From: Candidatus Fermentibacterota bacterium
GTDB taxonomy: Bacteria; JAFGKV01
Direction of reading: 5' to 3'
Assembly: GCA_016928395.1 (NCBI GenBank)
Contig: JAFGKV010000276.1
Coordinates: 1 to 42,712 of the forward strand
Length of the DNA stretch: 42,712 bases
The first letter of the stretch is position 1; every line of letters starts with the position of its first letter. The translations under genes and the position numbers were made by a program. The notes under the pieces were generated by a model. The model had not been told where the DNA came from and ran no database searches. It saw only the letters and a list, made by a program, of their open reading frames with translations. Below are positions 18,903-28,504 of this stretch, piece after piece.

Positions 18903-18955
18903 CCAGCATTGACCTCCATACTTGTCACCGGGCACTTCCATGAATAATGCCCTGA

Positions 18956-18984
18956 AATGTACCGTCCGCAGACGTTCGGGTCAA
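18956..18984 (-). promoter_or_regulatory. Sigma70-type promoter of the pqqD-rSAM unit
   Basis: TTGACC - 17 nt - TACATT on the minus strand, ~55 nt before the pqqD ATG. Confidence 0.6.
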
Positions 18985-19259
18985 TGGCCCCGTCTGCTCG
19001 GAGTCGTTCCTGCCAGCAGCGCAGAAGCGTTCCGGGGCCACCCTAGCCCGACCGAGTGCACCGGCATCCCGAAATTCCCCACATCGCGGCCTTGCGATGT
19101 CGACCGGCGTGCAGCGTCCGGATTGGAAGGGCACGGGGAACAAGAACAAGGGTTCACGGCGTCTCGGGGATCAGGGACACGGAGATGATCTCGGCTCTCC
19201 GCACAGCACGGGAATCATCGCCTCGAGTGTCGCATGAACGCAGTGTGCCACAAGGGCAG

Positions 19260-21299
19260 TCATCCGCGGCCGGTTTCCTTTCCGGTCGTGGAAGCCATAG
19301 TCTGATCAGTGCCTGGTTCTACGGCTACCCAGTCCAGCCTGACGCCGTGGCGCCACAGCTCATCACTGGGACGCTCATCCAGCGGGCTTGCCCGGAGGGT
19401 CAGCAGTTGGCGGCCGTCAGGACGCATGGTCTCGGCATGTGCCATGAAACTGACAACGCTGTCGGCAGAAGTAAACGTGCCCAGAAGATGACCATTGAGC
19501 CTGGCCATCGCACACGTGCGGCCGAAATCCGCACTCTGGTGGAGGCCGATGCCGATACGCCACTGGCCAGGGATCATGTGGAGTTCGATGACGGGCGAGT
19601 CTCCTGACCACCGCGCATGGCTGCCGTCTGCCGGTGGAGCGGAGAACAAGGAAGGTTCATTCCCGGGACCGAAGTTATAGAAGCTCCTTGAGTACTCGAC
19701 GGGAGGCGGGGACTGACCTATCATGTACCACTTGTGACTGCTGGCATGCAGGATCCTGAGCGGCCGCCACGTGTTGGACACCAGCACGAGTCCGTGAGTG
19801 CCGGCCCATTGATCGGGCACATGATCAAGTTCTTGGACGTGGGCCGAAGGGAGCCAGAACAGCCCGGAGTACAGCGCCGTCCACAGTTCAGGCGAGGCCT
19901 CCGCACGGTGAAGTGCCACCGTCGCGCCCTGGGGGACGGTGGCGTGGAGCCGCCACAGGGCAGGCTCAACCGCCTCCCGACGCCTGCTCATGGCCACCTC
20001 GTGAGCCAGCGCTTCATAGGCAAGGGGGGCGAACAGAGCGAGGCAGAGGACCGCGGCCTGGGTACGGCCCCGGCCTCTGGAGATCATCACGATGGCAGGG
20101 CAGGCCAGGGCGACGATGGCAACACACAACCCCACTGGCACGGTGTTGAGAATCGAGGGGAATGGCATCACGAAAAGCCCCAAACCCGCCGTTGCCAGGG
20201 TTTGGCCGAGCTTGAACCCCCCCTCCGGCCACATGAAGACGGCCAGTGCGGCGCCGGCGGCGGGGAGCATGACATGCATCCGCCGCGGGTATGATCTCAA
20301 GGACAGGAGCCATGGGATTGTGACGGCGATTCCTGTGTCAACATACCGGCCGATGACCCGGTAGATTTGGGCGTTTGGTCCTGCTGATCCATACTGCTGG
20401 TAGGCGATGGTCAAGAGAGCCTGGCCGCCAACGACCACTCCAAGGAAACGTCTGATAGGCTTCTGTTCAGGCGGCCCCCCGGCAAGTAGCAGCCATACGA
20501 AGCCGGCCGACCCCACGATGACCATTGCCAAGGTCGTTCCCGAGTTCTGGGCGAGTGTTCGCCACCCGTGGGCCGTCAAAAGGGTCTTGGCAGCGACCGA
20601 GGCGGTGGCGAGAGGATGGTAGATCCTGAGCACCGAGGTAGGCAGAACAACGAGAAGAACCCCGGCGATCACCGTCGTGATGAGCGCACACCACCGGAGG
20701 GCACGACCGGCCAGGAAGCCCCGAGGCGCGACTCCTGCGAAGAACGCGAGGGGTGCAACCACGCCGGTTACCCGGCAGAAAGGAGCCGCCAGAGAGCAGA
20801 CCCATCCTGCCAGCAGCCACCATGTCCCTCCACCTGTAGTCACGCGGTACAACGAGATCGCTGCGACCTGCAGGAGGACAATGGAGAGGTTCTCACTCAT
20901 GATTAGGGGCACGTATGCCACTGCCGCAGGAGTCGCCAAGAAGGCCGCGGCCACCAGCGGAGCAGGTACGGCGCTCTTCGTCCACACCGCGATTGCATAT
21001 GCCAGCACGCCTCCCGCGATCCAGAGTGCGATGTTCACGGCTTGATAGCCGGCGTAGGCAATGCGGATGTCTGGGGCGAGACTGGCGGGAGCCAGGATCG
21101 CCGGGTAGAGGGGCGGGTAGTTCATCGCGCCTGGCACATCGGGGAAGACCAGGCCACGGTGTGCCAGGTTCCATGCAGCCCGGGCATACATCGTCTCATC
21201 GGCGAAAAGCCAGGGTGTTCGGTGCAGGATCACTGCGTAGGAGACCAGGCCGCAGGCGACGAGGATGACCAGGAGTAGGAATGCGTGTCGTGCGGTCAT
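19260..21299 (-). CDS. Polytopic membrane glycosyltransferase (GT-C/PMT-like) with C-terminal soluble domain
   Basis: TM1 followed by ADETMY, YPPLYP, IMSENL; many TMs. ATGA overlap with the upstream gene. Confidence 0.65.
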   Translation of the reverse strand: MTARHAFLLLVILVACGLVSYAVILHRTPWLFADETMYARAAWNLAHRGLVFPDVPGAMNYPPLYPAILAPASLAPDIRIAYAGYQAVNIALWIAGGVLAYAIAVWTKSAVPAPLVAAAFLATPAAVAYVPLIMSENLSIVLLQVAAISLYRVTTGGGTWWLLAGWVCSLAAPFCRVTGVVAPLAFFAGVAPRGFLAGRALRWCALITTVIAGVLLVVLPTSVLRIYHPLATASVAAKTLLTAHGWRTLAQNSGTTLAMVIVGSAGFVWLLLAGGPPEQKPIRRFLGVVVGGQALLTIAYQQYGSAGPNAQIYRVIGRYVDTGIAVTIPWLLSLRSYPRRMHVMLPAAGAALAVFMWPEGGFKLGQTLATAGLGLFVMPFPSILNTVPVGLCVAIVALACPAIVMISRGRGRTQAAVLCLALFAPLAYEALAHEVAMSRRREAVEPALWRLHATVPQGATVALHRAEASPELWTALYSGLFWLPSAHVQELDHVPDQWAGTHGLVLVSNTWRPLRILHASSHKWYMIGQSPPPVEYSRSFYNFGPGNEPSLFSAPPADGSHARWSGDSPVIELHMIPGQWRIGIGLHQSADFGRTCAMARLNGHLLGTFTSADSVVSFMAHAETMRPDGRQLLTLRASPLDERPSDELWRHGVRLDWVAVEPGTDQTMASTTGKETGRG

Positions 21300-22123
21300 C
21301 GGGCGCGTCCTATGAGGCCAACGGTGACTGGGTCCCACGACACGGTGAAGCCGCATGCGGCGAGACGTTTCGCGGTATTCTGCACGAAGCTCTGTCCTCT
21401 CCGCTTGCTGTACGGCGATCCGGTATAGTGGTAGAGCCTGCCTCCTCTGCGGAGAACTCGGCGAAGCGAAGCGTAGAAAGAGCGGCCGTACAAGGATCCT
21501 GCCAAGGAGAATCGCGGTGGATCATGGATGACGCTGTCGATACCGCCGTCGGGAAGCCGCTCCACCAACACTTCGGCCGATGTGCCGCGCAGCAGCAGTC
21601 CGGTCGTGGGTGCCGGAGGGCTCCAGGGGTTATGTTGCCTCAGTCTGCGGACGGCACGGTTTGGTTCGGCACTCAGCACAAGACCGGCCCCGGCAGCCAA
21701 CGCGCACCGTGCTGTGTAGCCCAACCCCCCACAGGTATCCAGAACCCAGTCACCGCCGCGCACCACGCTCCTCGCCTTTGCCTCGGCATCGGCCCATGCA
21801 TCGTCTCGCCGGTGCATCTGAATGCCCGCGATCATAAGTGTCGGAGCAGTGGCGGTGCATATTAGCTTGTACAGGCGGCCGCCCAGCGCCAGTTGCAGAG
21901 GCACAGCGATACCTGACGGGCCAATCTCGACGATGACATCGCGGAACACGGCGGCTCGTGTAAGGGTCTCTTCGGTAATCGTGACGCCCACAGCCTCGAC
22001 GCCGTCCTGCAGACGGCGAACGAGCACCGTGCTGAGGCCGAGATTGAGGCTTACCCGGGTCGTTTCGCCGCGGGGCAGGGCCAGGAGGGAGCGAGCAAGG
22101 GTGGTGGGCAGCCAGGATGTCAC
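21296..22123 (-). CDS. SAM-dependent methyltransferase (COG2521-like, often called archaeal-type)
   Basis: APTLMIAGIQMH, VLDTCGGLGYTA, NPWS, IHDPPRFSLAG.LY, HYTG.P. GTG start with AAGGAG SD. Confidence 0.8.
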   Translation of the reverse strand: MTSWLPTTLARSLLALPRGETTRVSLNLGLSTVLVRRLQDGVEAVGVTITEETLTRAAVFRDVIVEIGPSGIAVPLQLALGGRLYKLICTATAPTLMIAGIQMHRRDDAWADAEAKARSVVRGGDWVLDTCGGLGYTARCALAAGAGLVLSAEPNRAVRRLRQHNPWSPPAPTTGLLLRGTSAEVLVERLPDGGIDSVIHDPPRFSLAGSLYGRSFYASLRRVLRRGGRLYHYTGSPYSKRRGQSFVQNTAKRLAACGFTVSWDPVTVGLIGRAR

Positions 22124-22132
22124 GGTATCTCC

Positions 22133-22162
22133 TTGACGGTGAAGTGAAGGGGAGGCTAATAT
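22133..22162 (+). promoter_or_regulatory. Possible sigma70 promoter of the long plus-strand operon
   Basis: TTGACG - 18 nt - TAATAT in the divergent intergenic region. Confidence 0.45.
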
Positions 22163-22229
22163 ATAGGCCCCAATTCGCACCTGCGACATCACGGCTGTGA
22201 GCCAAGGTTTTATTCATAGGAGGAATACG

Positions 22230-22430
22230 GTGGCGAAAGACCGCAGCTTCAGCGCAAAGATAGCCCATGAGACGCTTCGACATCGAATAATCTGCCCCGT
22301 ATGCAATAAGGAGAGGGAGCCGTACCTTATCGTGCAGGGGGTTCGCGCCGAAGGCAGCGGCACCCAGCGCTTCCGGAGACAGCGCGTCAAGGTATGTGCC
22401 TGCAACCGGAGCGAGTTGGGTCTCTCCTGA
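22230..22430 (+). CDS. Small basic Zn-ribbon protein, possibly DUF4295/bL38-like
   Basis: 66 aa, AGGAGG SD, GTG start. MAKDRSFSAK..CPVC..GTQRFRRQRVKVCAC. Confidence 0.6.
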   Translation: MAKDRSFSAKIAHETLRHRIICPVCNKEREPYLIVQGVRAEGSGTQRFRRQRVKVCACNRSELGLS

Positions 22431-22481
22431 GCCCCGCCTTTCCGCGCCGCATCCCGCTATGACCGCTCGCAAAGGTGTATC

Positions 22482-22859
22482 ATGAACGACAACGGCAGTC
22501 TCGACGGTGGCACGGGGGGACCCGTGGATGATGCCCTGTTCCTGGCGTTGGTGGGCAATCTTCAGATCACGACTTTCGTGCATCTGGGAAAGCTCGCCGA
22601 TCCGGGCGCCGGCGAACCAGTCCGCAATCTTCCCGCAGCGAAGGTCAGCATTGACATGCTGCAGATGCTCCGCACGAAGACCAATGGAAACCTGTCAGAC
22701 GCTGAGTCTCGTTTTCTGGATCATGTGATCTTCGAGCTGCAGATGAACTATGTCGACGAATCGTCTACGCCTGAGCCTGCGCCCGAATCACCACAGACTC
22801 CGGTCGAACCAACGGAGGAGCAGGGCGCGCCTCCCGGGGACGATGCAGACCAGGAATAG
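22482..22859 (+). CDS. DUF1844 family protein
   Basis: LGKLADP...NLPAAKVSIDMLQMLRTKTNGNLS..E...L......LQMNYV. Confidence 0.85.
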   Translation: MNDNGSLDGGTGGPVDDALFLALVGNLQITTFVHLGKLADPGAGEPVRNLPAAKVSIDMLQMLRTKTNGNLSDAESRFLDHVIFELQMNYVDESSTPEPAPESPQTPVEPTEEQGAPPGDDADQE

Positions 22860-22862
22860 GCG

Positions 22863-23627
22863 TTGTTGACGCCCAGCCGAATCGCCGCCGGCCTGGTGTG
22901 GATTGCGCTGATCGCCGGGTGCGCATCGGCACCAAAGCCGCCATCGAAGGACGGCGCCGAGATCGTGGCCTGGGCAAAGGCCATGCTGGCACGAGAGCAC
23001 TACCGGGCGGTGGTGAACGAGCTGGAAAGGCTGGTGCTTAACTTCCCCGATCAGCCGTTTTCGGATGAGGCCCAGTTCCTCTTGGGTGAGGCTCACATGG
23101 GTCTGAACGAGTACATCTTGGCCGAGAACGCATATCGCCTGCTGATCGACAGCTACCCAGGAAGCCAGTATCGAGATGATGCCGAACTGGCGATAGCCAT
23201 GTGCTATTCCCGTCAGACGACCAATCACCGCCTTGATCAGTCTTCGACCGTCTTGGCCGAACGTGCCTTGGTTCAGTTCATCGAGGACCATCCTGGGACT
23301 CCTCTGATTCCCCACGCCCTGCAGGAACTGCGACTAGTCCGTGAACGCCTCGCCCGAAAGCTGTTGGAAGCCGCGCGATTCTACCTGCGGCGCGGCAGGA
23401 TCGATTCGGCGCGGGTGTACCTGGACCAGATCGAGCAGCGCTATCCCGACTCCACGGCGGCATTGGAGGCCCGCTATCTGCGGGGGCGGTGCCACGAGAA
23501 GGAGGGAAATCTGCACGAGGCGGCCCAGGAGTATGTCTCCCTCCTCGATGACCTGCCGCAGTCTGATTCGCTTCGAACCGAGGTTGTTCGGCGGCTGGCC
23601 GATGTCAGAGGCAAGATCGGGGCGTAG
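22863..23627 (+). CDS. bamD: Outer membrane protein assembly factor BamD
   Basis: Lipobox IAGC, TPRs, YPGSQY, DQSST, LARK...ARFY. Confidence 0.85.
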   Translation: MLTPSRIAAGLVWIALIAGCASAPKPPSKDGAEIVAWAKAMLAREHYRAVVNELERLVLNFPDQPFSDEAQFLLGEAHMGLNEYILAENAYRLLIDSYPGSQYRDDAELAIAMCYSRQTTNHRLDQSSTVLAERALVQFIEDHPGTPLIPHALQELRLVRERLARKLLEAARFYLRRGRIDSARVYLDQIEQRYPDSTAALEARYLRGRCHEKEGNLHEAAQEYVSLLDDLPQSDSLRTEVVRRLADVRGKIGA

Positions 23628-25488
23628 AGGCACACTGCCGGTTTCGTCTAAGGACGCGCCTGACCTCTTCCGAATAGCGATCCGCGACATCAGGCGGCAG
23701 CCGGGCCTGCTTCCCTCTTCCCCGGGAGTCTATCTCTTCCGCGATGAGAAGGGCGAAATCCTCTACATCGGTAAGGCGGATTGCCTCCGCGATCGAGTGC
23801 GAAGCTACCTCATTCCTGACGGACCGACACACCCGAGAACCCGCAGGCTCATGGAGCGGGCGCGAACCATTGAAACCATGGTCACCGCCAATCGCCGCGA
23901 GGCGTTGGTGCTGGAAGCGACCTTGGTTCGGCGACACAAGCCTGCCTACAACGTTAACCTCCGGGACGGCCAGCGGTATCCATACGTCTGCTTCACAGGG
24001 CCGCCGTTCCCCCGCGTCGTGGTTACCCGGGTGCCGTCGTCGTGCACGGGGCCATGTCACGGGCCGTATACGGATGTTCGTTCGCTCCGCGACGCGCTGA
24101 GGATACTCCGCACCGTCATTCCGCTGCGCACCTGTTCAGACCGGCAACTGGCGTCCCGAACCACGCCGTGCATACTCTATCAGATGCAGCGGTGTATCGC
24201 GCCCTGTGTGAATCCCCGCGTGGCCGACGAGTACAAAGAGCTTGTGCGACGGGCCTCACGCGTGCTGGAGGGGCATGTTCGTCAGGTGGTCTGCGAGTTG
24301 CGCCTGAGCATCGACACACTGGCGGCACAGCTACGCTACGAAGAAGCCGCAGCCGTCCGTGACCGCATCACTGCCCTGACGCGACTGACGCAGCGGCAGC
24401 GCGTCGTGCTGAAGGGTCACGGCGATGTCGATGCCGTAGCGATCGCTCGAGCGGGCCCGATGGCCCTGGCTACCGTGCATCTGGTCAGGGATGGATTCAT
24501 GGTGGGGCAAAGGATCATGCCTCTTCGGGGCGTCAGTTCCGAGATGTCGTCTACGGACCTGATCGAGGCATTTGTCACGCACTACTACGCAACGGCCTTT
24601 GTTCCTCCTCTGATCCTGGTTGGCGAGGCCCTTGCCGCTGGTCTCTCTCTGGAGTCGTGGCTGGGCGAGGCGCGGGGTGGACGAGTTCGCGTGCGCTGGC
24701 CACGGCACGGAGTCGCTGCCGAACTGGTGTGCGGGGCGGGTCGCAATGCCCAAAAGGCGCTTGAGGAAGAGCTCACCAAGGCGGGAGAATGGAAGGCTCG
24801 CGTGCCGTCTGGGCTCGTGAGGCTGATGGAGGTCTTGAATCTTGCCTCACCACCCCGACTCATTGTTGGGATGGACATCTCACATTTCTCGGGCGGCCAG
24901 CGGGTAGGATCTCTGGTCGTCTTCGAAGAAGGCCGGCCTCGCCGTGATGCCTACAGGAGATACCGCATCAACAGCCCGGCTCGTGATGACAGCGCCATGC
25001 TGGCGGAGCTGGGCCGTCGGTGGGGAATCAGGGTTGCGTCGGGCGAACTAGATCGACCGGGCCTCGTACTGGTCGACGGCGGCGAAATGCAGGTTGACGC
25101 CGTCATGCATGCCCTGGCAGAGTACGCCGGATTGAACGACATCCCCGTCGTCGGTCTGGCGAAACGGGAAGAGGTTCTCTACCATGGCACACCACAGCAG
25201 CCACTTCGCCTGTCGCGCCGCGACCAGGGGCTTCAGCTTCTCCAGCGTGTCCGCGATGAGGCCCATCGTTTTGCGCTGGCATTCCATCGATCTGATAGAC
25301 ACCGGGTGGCGCTGAAGAGCCAGATGGACGACCTTCCAGGTATCGGCGCCCGGCGCGCCGCGGCTCTGTTGGAACGTTTCGGAGGCATTGAACGATTGCG
25401 CAGAGCATCCCGAGATGATATCATGCAAACTCCAGGTATCGGGCCTCGGATTGCCGACAGCGTCATGCGGGCGCTAGGGAGGAGCTAG
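23602..25488 (+). CDS. uvrC: Excinuclease ABC subunit C
   Basis: LPSSPGVYLF..LYIGKA (GIY-YIG), UVR domain YEEAA..RD, DISH, LVDGG, RDEAHRFA, HhH GIG. Start uncertain. Confidence 0.93.
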   Translation: MSEARSGRRGTLPVSSKDAPDLFRIAIRDIRRQPGLLPSSPGVYLFRDEKGEILYIGKADCLRDRVRSYLIPDGPTHPRTRRLMERARTIETMVTANRREALVLEATLVRRHKPAYNVNLRDGQRYPYVCFTGPPFPRVVVTRVPSSCTGPCHGPYTDVRSLRDALRILRTVIPLRTCSDRQLASRTTPCILYQMQRCIAPCVNPRVADEYKELVRRASRVLEGHVRQVVCELRLSIDTLAAQLRYEEAAAVRDRITALTRLTQRQRVVLKGHGDVDAVAIARAGPMALATVHLVRDGFMVGQRIMPLRGVSSEMSSTDLIEAFVTHYYATAFVPPLILVGEALAAGLSLESWLGEARGGRVRVRWPRHGVAAELVCGAGRNAQKALEEELTKAGEWKARVPSGLVRLMEVLNLASPPRLIVGMDISHFSGGQRVGSLVVFEEGRPRRDAYRRYRINSPARDDSAMLAELGRRWGIRVASGELDRPGLVLVDGGEMQVDAVMHALAEYAGLNDIPVVGLAKREEVLYHGTPQQPLRLSRRDQGLQLLQRVRDEAHRFALAFHRSDRHRVALKSQMDDLPGIGARRAAALLERFGGIERLRRASRDDIMQTPGIGPRIADSVMRALGRS

Positions 25489-25490
25489 TC

Positions 25491-26096
25491 GTGTTGGTCG
25501 ACCCACTGCTCCGTTTTCTTGTGGTGGATGTGCCTCCGGGTCGCGTGTTGCTGGTTGCAACGTCCCGTGGGCTTGCACGGGTCGTTCTCGGGCCCGAAGA
25601 TTGCATGGTTGGCTCATTGGAGCAGTTGTCGGCCTCCAGGGACCCGCTGGCTGCCAGCCGGGGGAGCCCACTTCTGACGGCGTTGGCAGGCAGCCTGAGG
25701 CGGTACTTCCTTGGCCGCCGGGTTGACTTCTCTCAGGTGCCGCTCGATCTTGCGGGTTCCACCGCCTTTCAGACAGACGTCTGGCGGCTGGCGGCGCAGA
25801 TACCCTACGGGAGCGTGCGCTCCTACGGGTGGCTGGCCGCCCGGCTCGAAGGTCGAGGCTGCGCCCGGGCCGTGGGGCAGGCGCTGGCAAGGAATCCAGT
25901 GCCTGTTGTCGTGCCCTGCCACCGCGTCATCGAGGAATCGGGTGCGCGCGGCGGATTCACCGCCGGCGACGCCTGGAAGGGGTTGTTGCTGGAGCTGGAA
26001 GGAGGCGAGCAACGGCTGAGGCTCCGTGAACGCAAGGTACGGCGGCCGGCCGTGCCGGCGTCTTTCGCGATCGAGCAACCTGGACTGGATAGCTAG
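25491..26096 (+). CDS. ogt: Methylated-DNA--protein-cysteine methyltransferase
   Basis: FQ..VW....IPYG...SYG, ARAVG.A..NP, PCHRV. Confidence 0.92.
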   Translation: MLVDPLLRFLVVDVPPGRVLLVATSRGLARVVLGPEDCMVGSLEQLSASRDPLAASRGSPLLTALAGSLRRYFLGRRVDFSQVPLDLAGSTAFQTDVWRLAAQIPYGSVRSYGWLAARLEGRGCARAVGQALARNPVPVVVPCHRVIEESGARGGFTAGDAWKGLLLELEGGEQRLRLRERKVRRPAVPASFAIEQPGLDS

Positions 26097-26117
26097 AGGC
26101 ACGAAAGGAGGATTCTA

Positions 26118-26984
26118 ATGAAACGTGCCATCGGTGTTGGGCTGTGTGCGGCTATGGTTCTTGTTCTGTGGGGCTGTAGTGACGACGATGTGGTCGACCC
26201 TACGGAGTTGACTCCTCCCTCCAACCTTCGGGTGACTGACCTGGCCGCAGGGGGTGGCACCGTCGGGCTCGCATGGGACGGGGCAGTGGGGGAGTATGTT
26301 GGCTATCGGATCTATGCGCACACGCAGAGCCTGCAGAGCCTTGACAAGGCCGAGACCTTGGCGCCCTACATGAGGGGTGAGGTGGGCTCGGCGCAGCAAA
26401 ACGCGACCGTCAGCCTGACGGACTCCTACACGTACTATTATGTACATGTGCGGGCATACACAAGTGACGGCGACGTATCGCGGGCTTCGAACGAGCTTCT
26501 CGTGATTGCCCGGCCGGAAGGCGCCAACGCGGTAATCTACGAGTTTCTGTCCGCGGTCGGCAATCCCAGCGGATACGATCTCTCCACCGGAGAGGCCGTG
26601 TCCATGGCCAATACCAATCCGGACCGCTATGAACGCGTCGATTTCTTCCTTGCCTATAGCGGCGGCACGTCGGGCGGGGGCGATCTCTACCTCTGGAATC
26701 CGAAAGCGGCCAGCTCGAGCTACCAGAATACCGCAGGCTTTTACGGCTGGACCGGCACGTTCGATTCGCTTACCAGGGTTCCTGACGGCGCCGCATTCTC
26801 GGATCATGTCGCGGTGTCGGTCGGCAAGGTGGTGGTTGTCCAGGTGACGGACGAGAACGCCATCACGAACTACGCCAAGATAGAGGTAGTGTCGGTGGGG
26901 GGAACATCTCCCAATCGTACCGTCACCTTCCGTTGGGCATACCAGCCCGCCCCCGGCAGGCCGGATCTGGTTCCGCAACCCTAA
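26118..26984 (+). CDS. Lipoprotein with FN3-like N-terminal domain
   Basis: Lipobox LWGC; PPSNL..V.L.W..GYRIY..YYYVHVRAY; AGGAGG SD. Confidence 0.75.
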   Translation: MKRAIGVGLCAAMVLVLWGCSDDDVVDPTELTPPSNLRVTDLAAGGGTVGLAWDGAVGEYVGYRIYAHTQSLQSLDKAETLAPYMRGEVGSAQQNATVSLTDSYTYYYVHVRAYTSDGDVSRASNELLVIARPEGANAVIYEFLSAVGNPSGYDLSTGEAVSMANTNPDRYERVDFFLAYSGGTSGGGDLYLWNPKAASSSYQNTAGFYGWTGTFDSLTRVPDGAAFSDHVAVSVGKVVVVQVTDENAITNYAKIEVVSVGGTSPNRTVTFRWAYQPAPGRPDLVPQP

Positions 26985-26994
26985 GGCCATCGAG

Positions 26995-27081
26995 GGGCGA
27001 GGATTCGTGAGGTCCTCGCCACCCGGCACTTAGCTTGGATAGCACGCACGGGGCGGCCCGCGTGGTCGGGCCGCCCCGTGC
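26995..27081 (+). promoter_or_regulatory. Two GC-rich hairpins in the serS leader
   Basis: GGCGAGGA/TCCTCGCC, and a perfect 15-bp stem 27046-27060 / 27067-27081 just before the serS SD. No U-tract. Confidence 0.5.
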
Positions 27082-27097
27082 TGCCTGAGGAGAGCGC

Positions 27098-28405
27098 ATG
27101 CTTGATATGAAACGTATCCGTCAAGACGTTGAACGGGTTCGGGGCTCCCTGCAGGCCAAAGGAAGCGCCGCGTCCCTTGATCGGGTTCTGGAGCTGGACG
27201 AATTGGTGCGCGCAGCGATCTTCGCCACAGACTCGCTGAGGGCCGAGAAGAATACTCTGACGGAACGGTTGGCTCGAGGCGCAGTCGCTGCCGAGGAAGC
27301 CGCCGCGCTGCGCCAGACCGTTCGGGAACTCAATTGCCGTCTCAAGGAGGCCGACGAGGAGCTGAGCAGGCACAGAGACGACCTCGAACGGCTACTAGTA
27401 TGGCTCCCGAACATCCCCCATGAGTCGGTACCCCGCGGGAGCGGTCCGGAGGGCAATGTAGTGGTTCGGTCGTGGGGGAGCCTTCCCACCTTTCCGTTTG
27501 TGCCAGCTCCCCACTGGGATGTTGGGGCATCGCTGGGGATTCTCGACCCACAGCGCGGGGCGAGAATTTCGGGCAGCAACTTCCCGCTCTTGTCGGGCGA
27601 CGGGGCTCTGCTCACCCGAGCCCTCATTACCCTCATGCTGGATCTTCACACGACTGAGCACGGATACCTGGAGCATTGGGTCCCCTATCTCGTGAATCGC
27701 GCGGCCATGGTGGGGACGGGCCAGCTTCCCAAGCTCGAAGAAGATATGTACGTGTGCTCCGCCCCGGAGCTGTTTCTCATCCCCACGGGAGAAGTCCCCC
27801 TGACGAATCTGTGGCGTGAGGAGATCATCGCCGAGGATCAGCTTCCCATCCGCATGGTGGGTTACACGCCATGTTTCCGCAAGGAAGCAGGCACCTATGG
27901 CAAGGATACGAGGGGTCTCAACCGAGTACACCAGTTCGACAAAGTTGAGATGGTGAAACTGGTTGAGCCCAGCCAATCCTACGATGAGCTGGAGAGTCTC
28001 GTTGCAGACGCGGAGGAGGTGCTGCAGAGGCTGCAGCTTCCCTACCGCGTGGTGAGCCTGTGTACGGGAGATCTCAGTTTCTCTGCAGCCAAGTGCTACG
28101 ACCTGGAGGTGTGGGCTGCGGGTCAGGAGCGATGGCTTGAGGTGTCGTCCTGCAGCAACTTCGAGGATTTCCAGGCACGACGCATGGGGATTCGTTTCCG
28201 CCCCCGCTCAGGGGGAAAACCGCAGTTGGTTCATACTTTGAACGGATCCGGCCTTGCCCTTCCGCGAATCATAGCGGCGCTGCTGGAGAACGGCCAGACA
28301 GCGGAGGGAACCGTCAAGCTTCCCGAAGCGCTGTGGCCCTATATGCGCGGCCGAACCATGATCGGGCCCACACATCGGACCACAGGGCACTCAGAGGAAG
28401 GATGA
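27098..28405 (+). CDS. serS: Serine--tRNA ligase
   Basis: GTGQLPK, LIPTGEVP, CFRKEAG, RVHQFDKVE, EVSSCSN, HTLNGSGLA. Confidence 0.97.
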   Translation: MLDMKRIRQDVERVRGSLQAKGSAASLDRVLELDELVRAAIFATDSLRAEKNTLTERLARGAVAAEEAAALRQTVRELNCRLKEADEELSRHRDDLERLLVWLPNIPHESVPRGSGPEGNVVVRSWGSLPTFPFVPAPHWDVGASLGILDPQRGARISGSNFPLLSGDGALLTRALITLMLDLHTTEHGYLEHWVPYLVNRAAMVGTGQLPKLEEDMYVCSAPELFLIPTGEVPLTNLWREEIIAEDQLPIRMVGYTPCFRKEAGTYGKDTRGLNRVHQFDKVEMVKLVEPSQSYDELESLVADAEEVLQRLQLPYRVVSLCTGDLSFSAAKCYDLEVWAAGQERWLEVSSCSNFEDFQARRMGIRFRPRSGGKPQLVHTLNGSGLALPRIIAALLENGQTAEGTVKLPEALWPYMRGRTMIGPTHRTTGHSEEG

Positions 28406-28504
28406 GGCGGGCAGGGGTCCTTCCAGTTCGTTCGACAGCTTCCACCGAGTCTCTTGATTTCGGTGACGCGCCGGCGCTGGCCGAGCCACGGGCGGTCCTG
28501 AGCG

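Noticed and set aside
18925-19149. 74-aa ORF as precursor peptide for PqqD/rSAM2
   Set aside because: No SD, no leader or core pattern, and it spans the predicted promoter.
23341-23601. Long N-terminal extension of uvrC
   Set aside because: Overlaps bamD and precedes the GIY-YIG domain; the true start is near 23602 or later.
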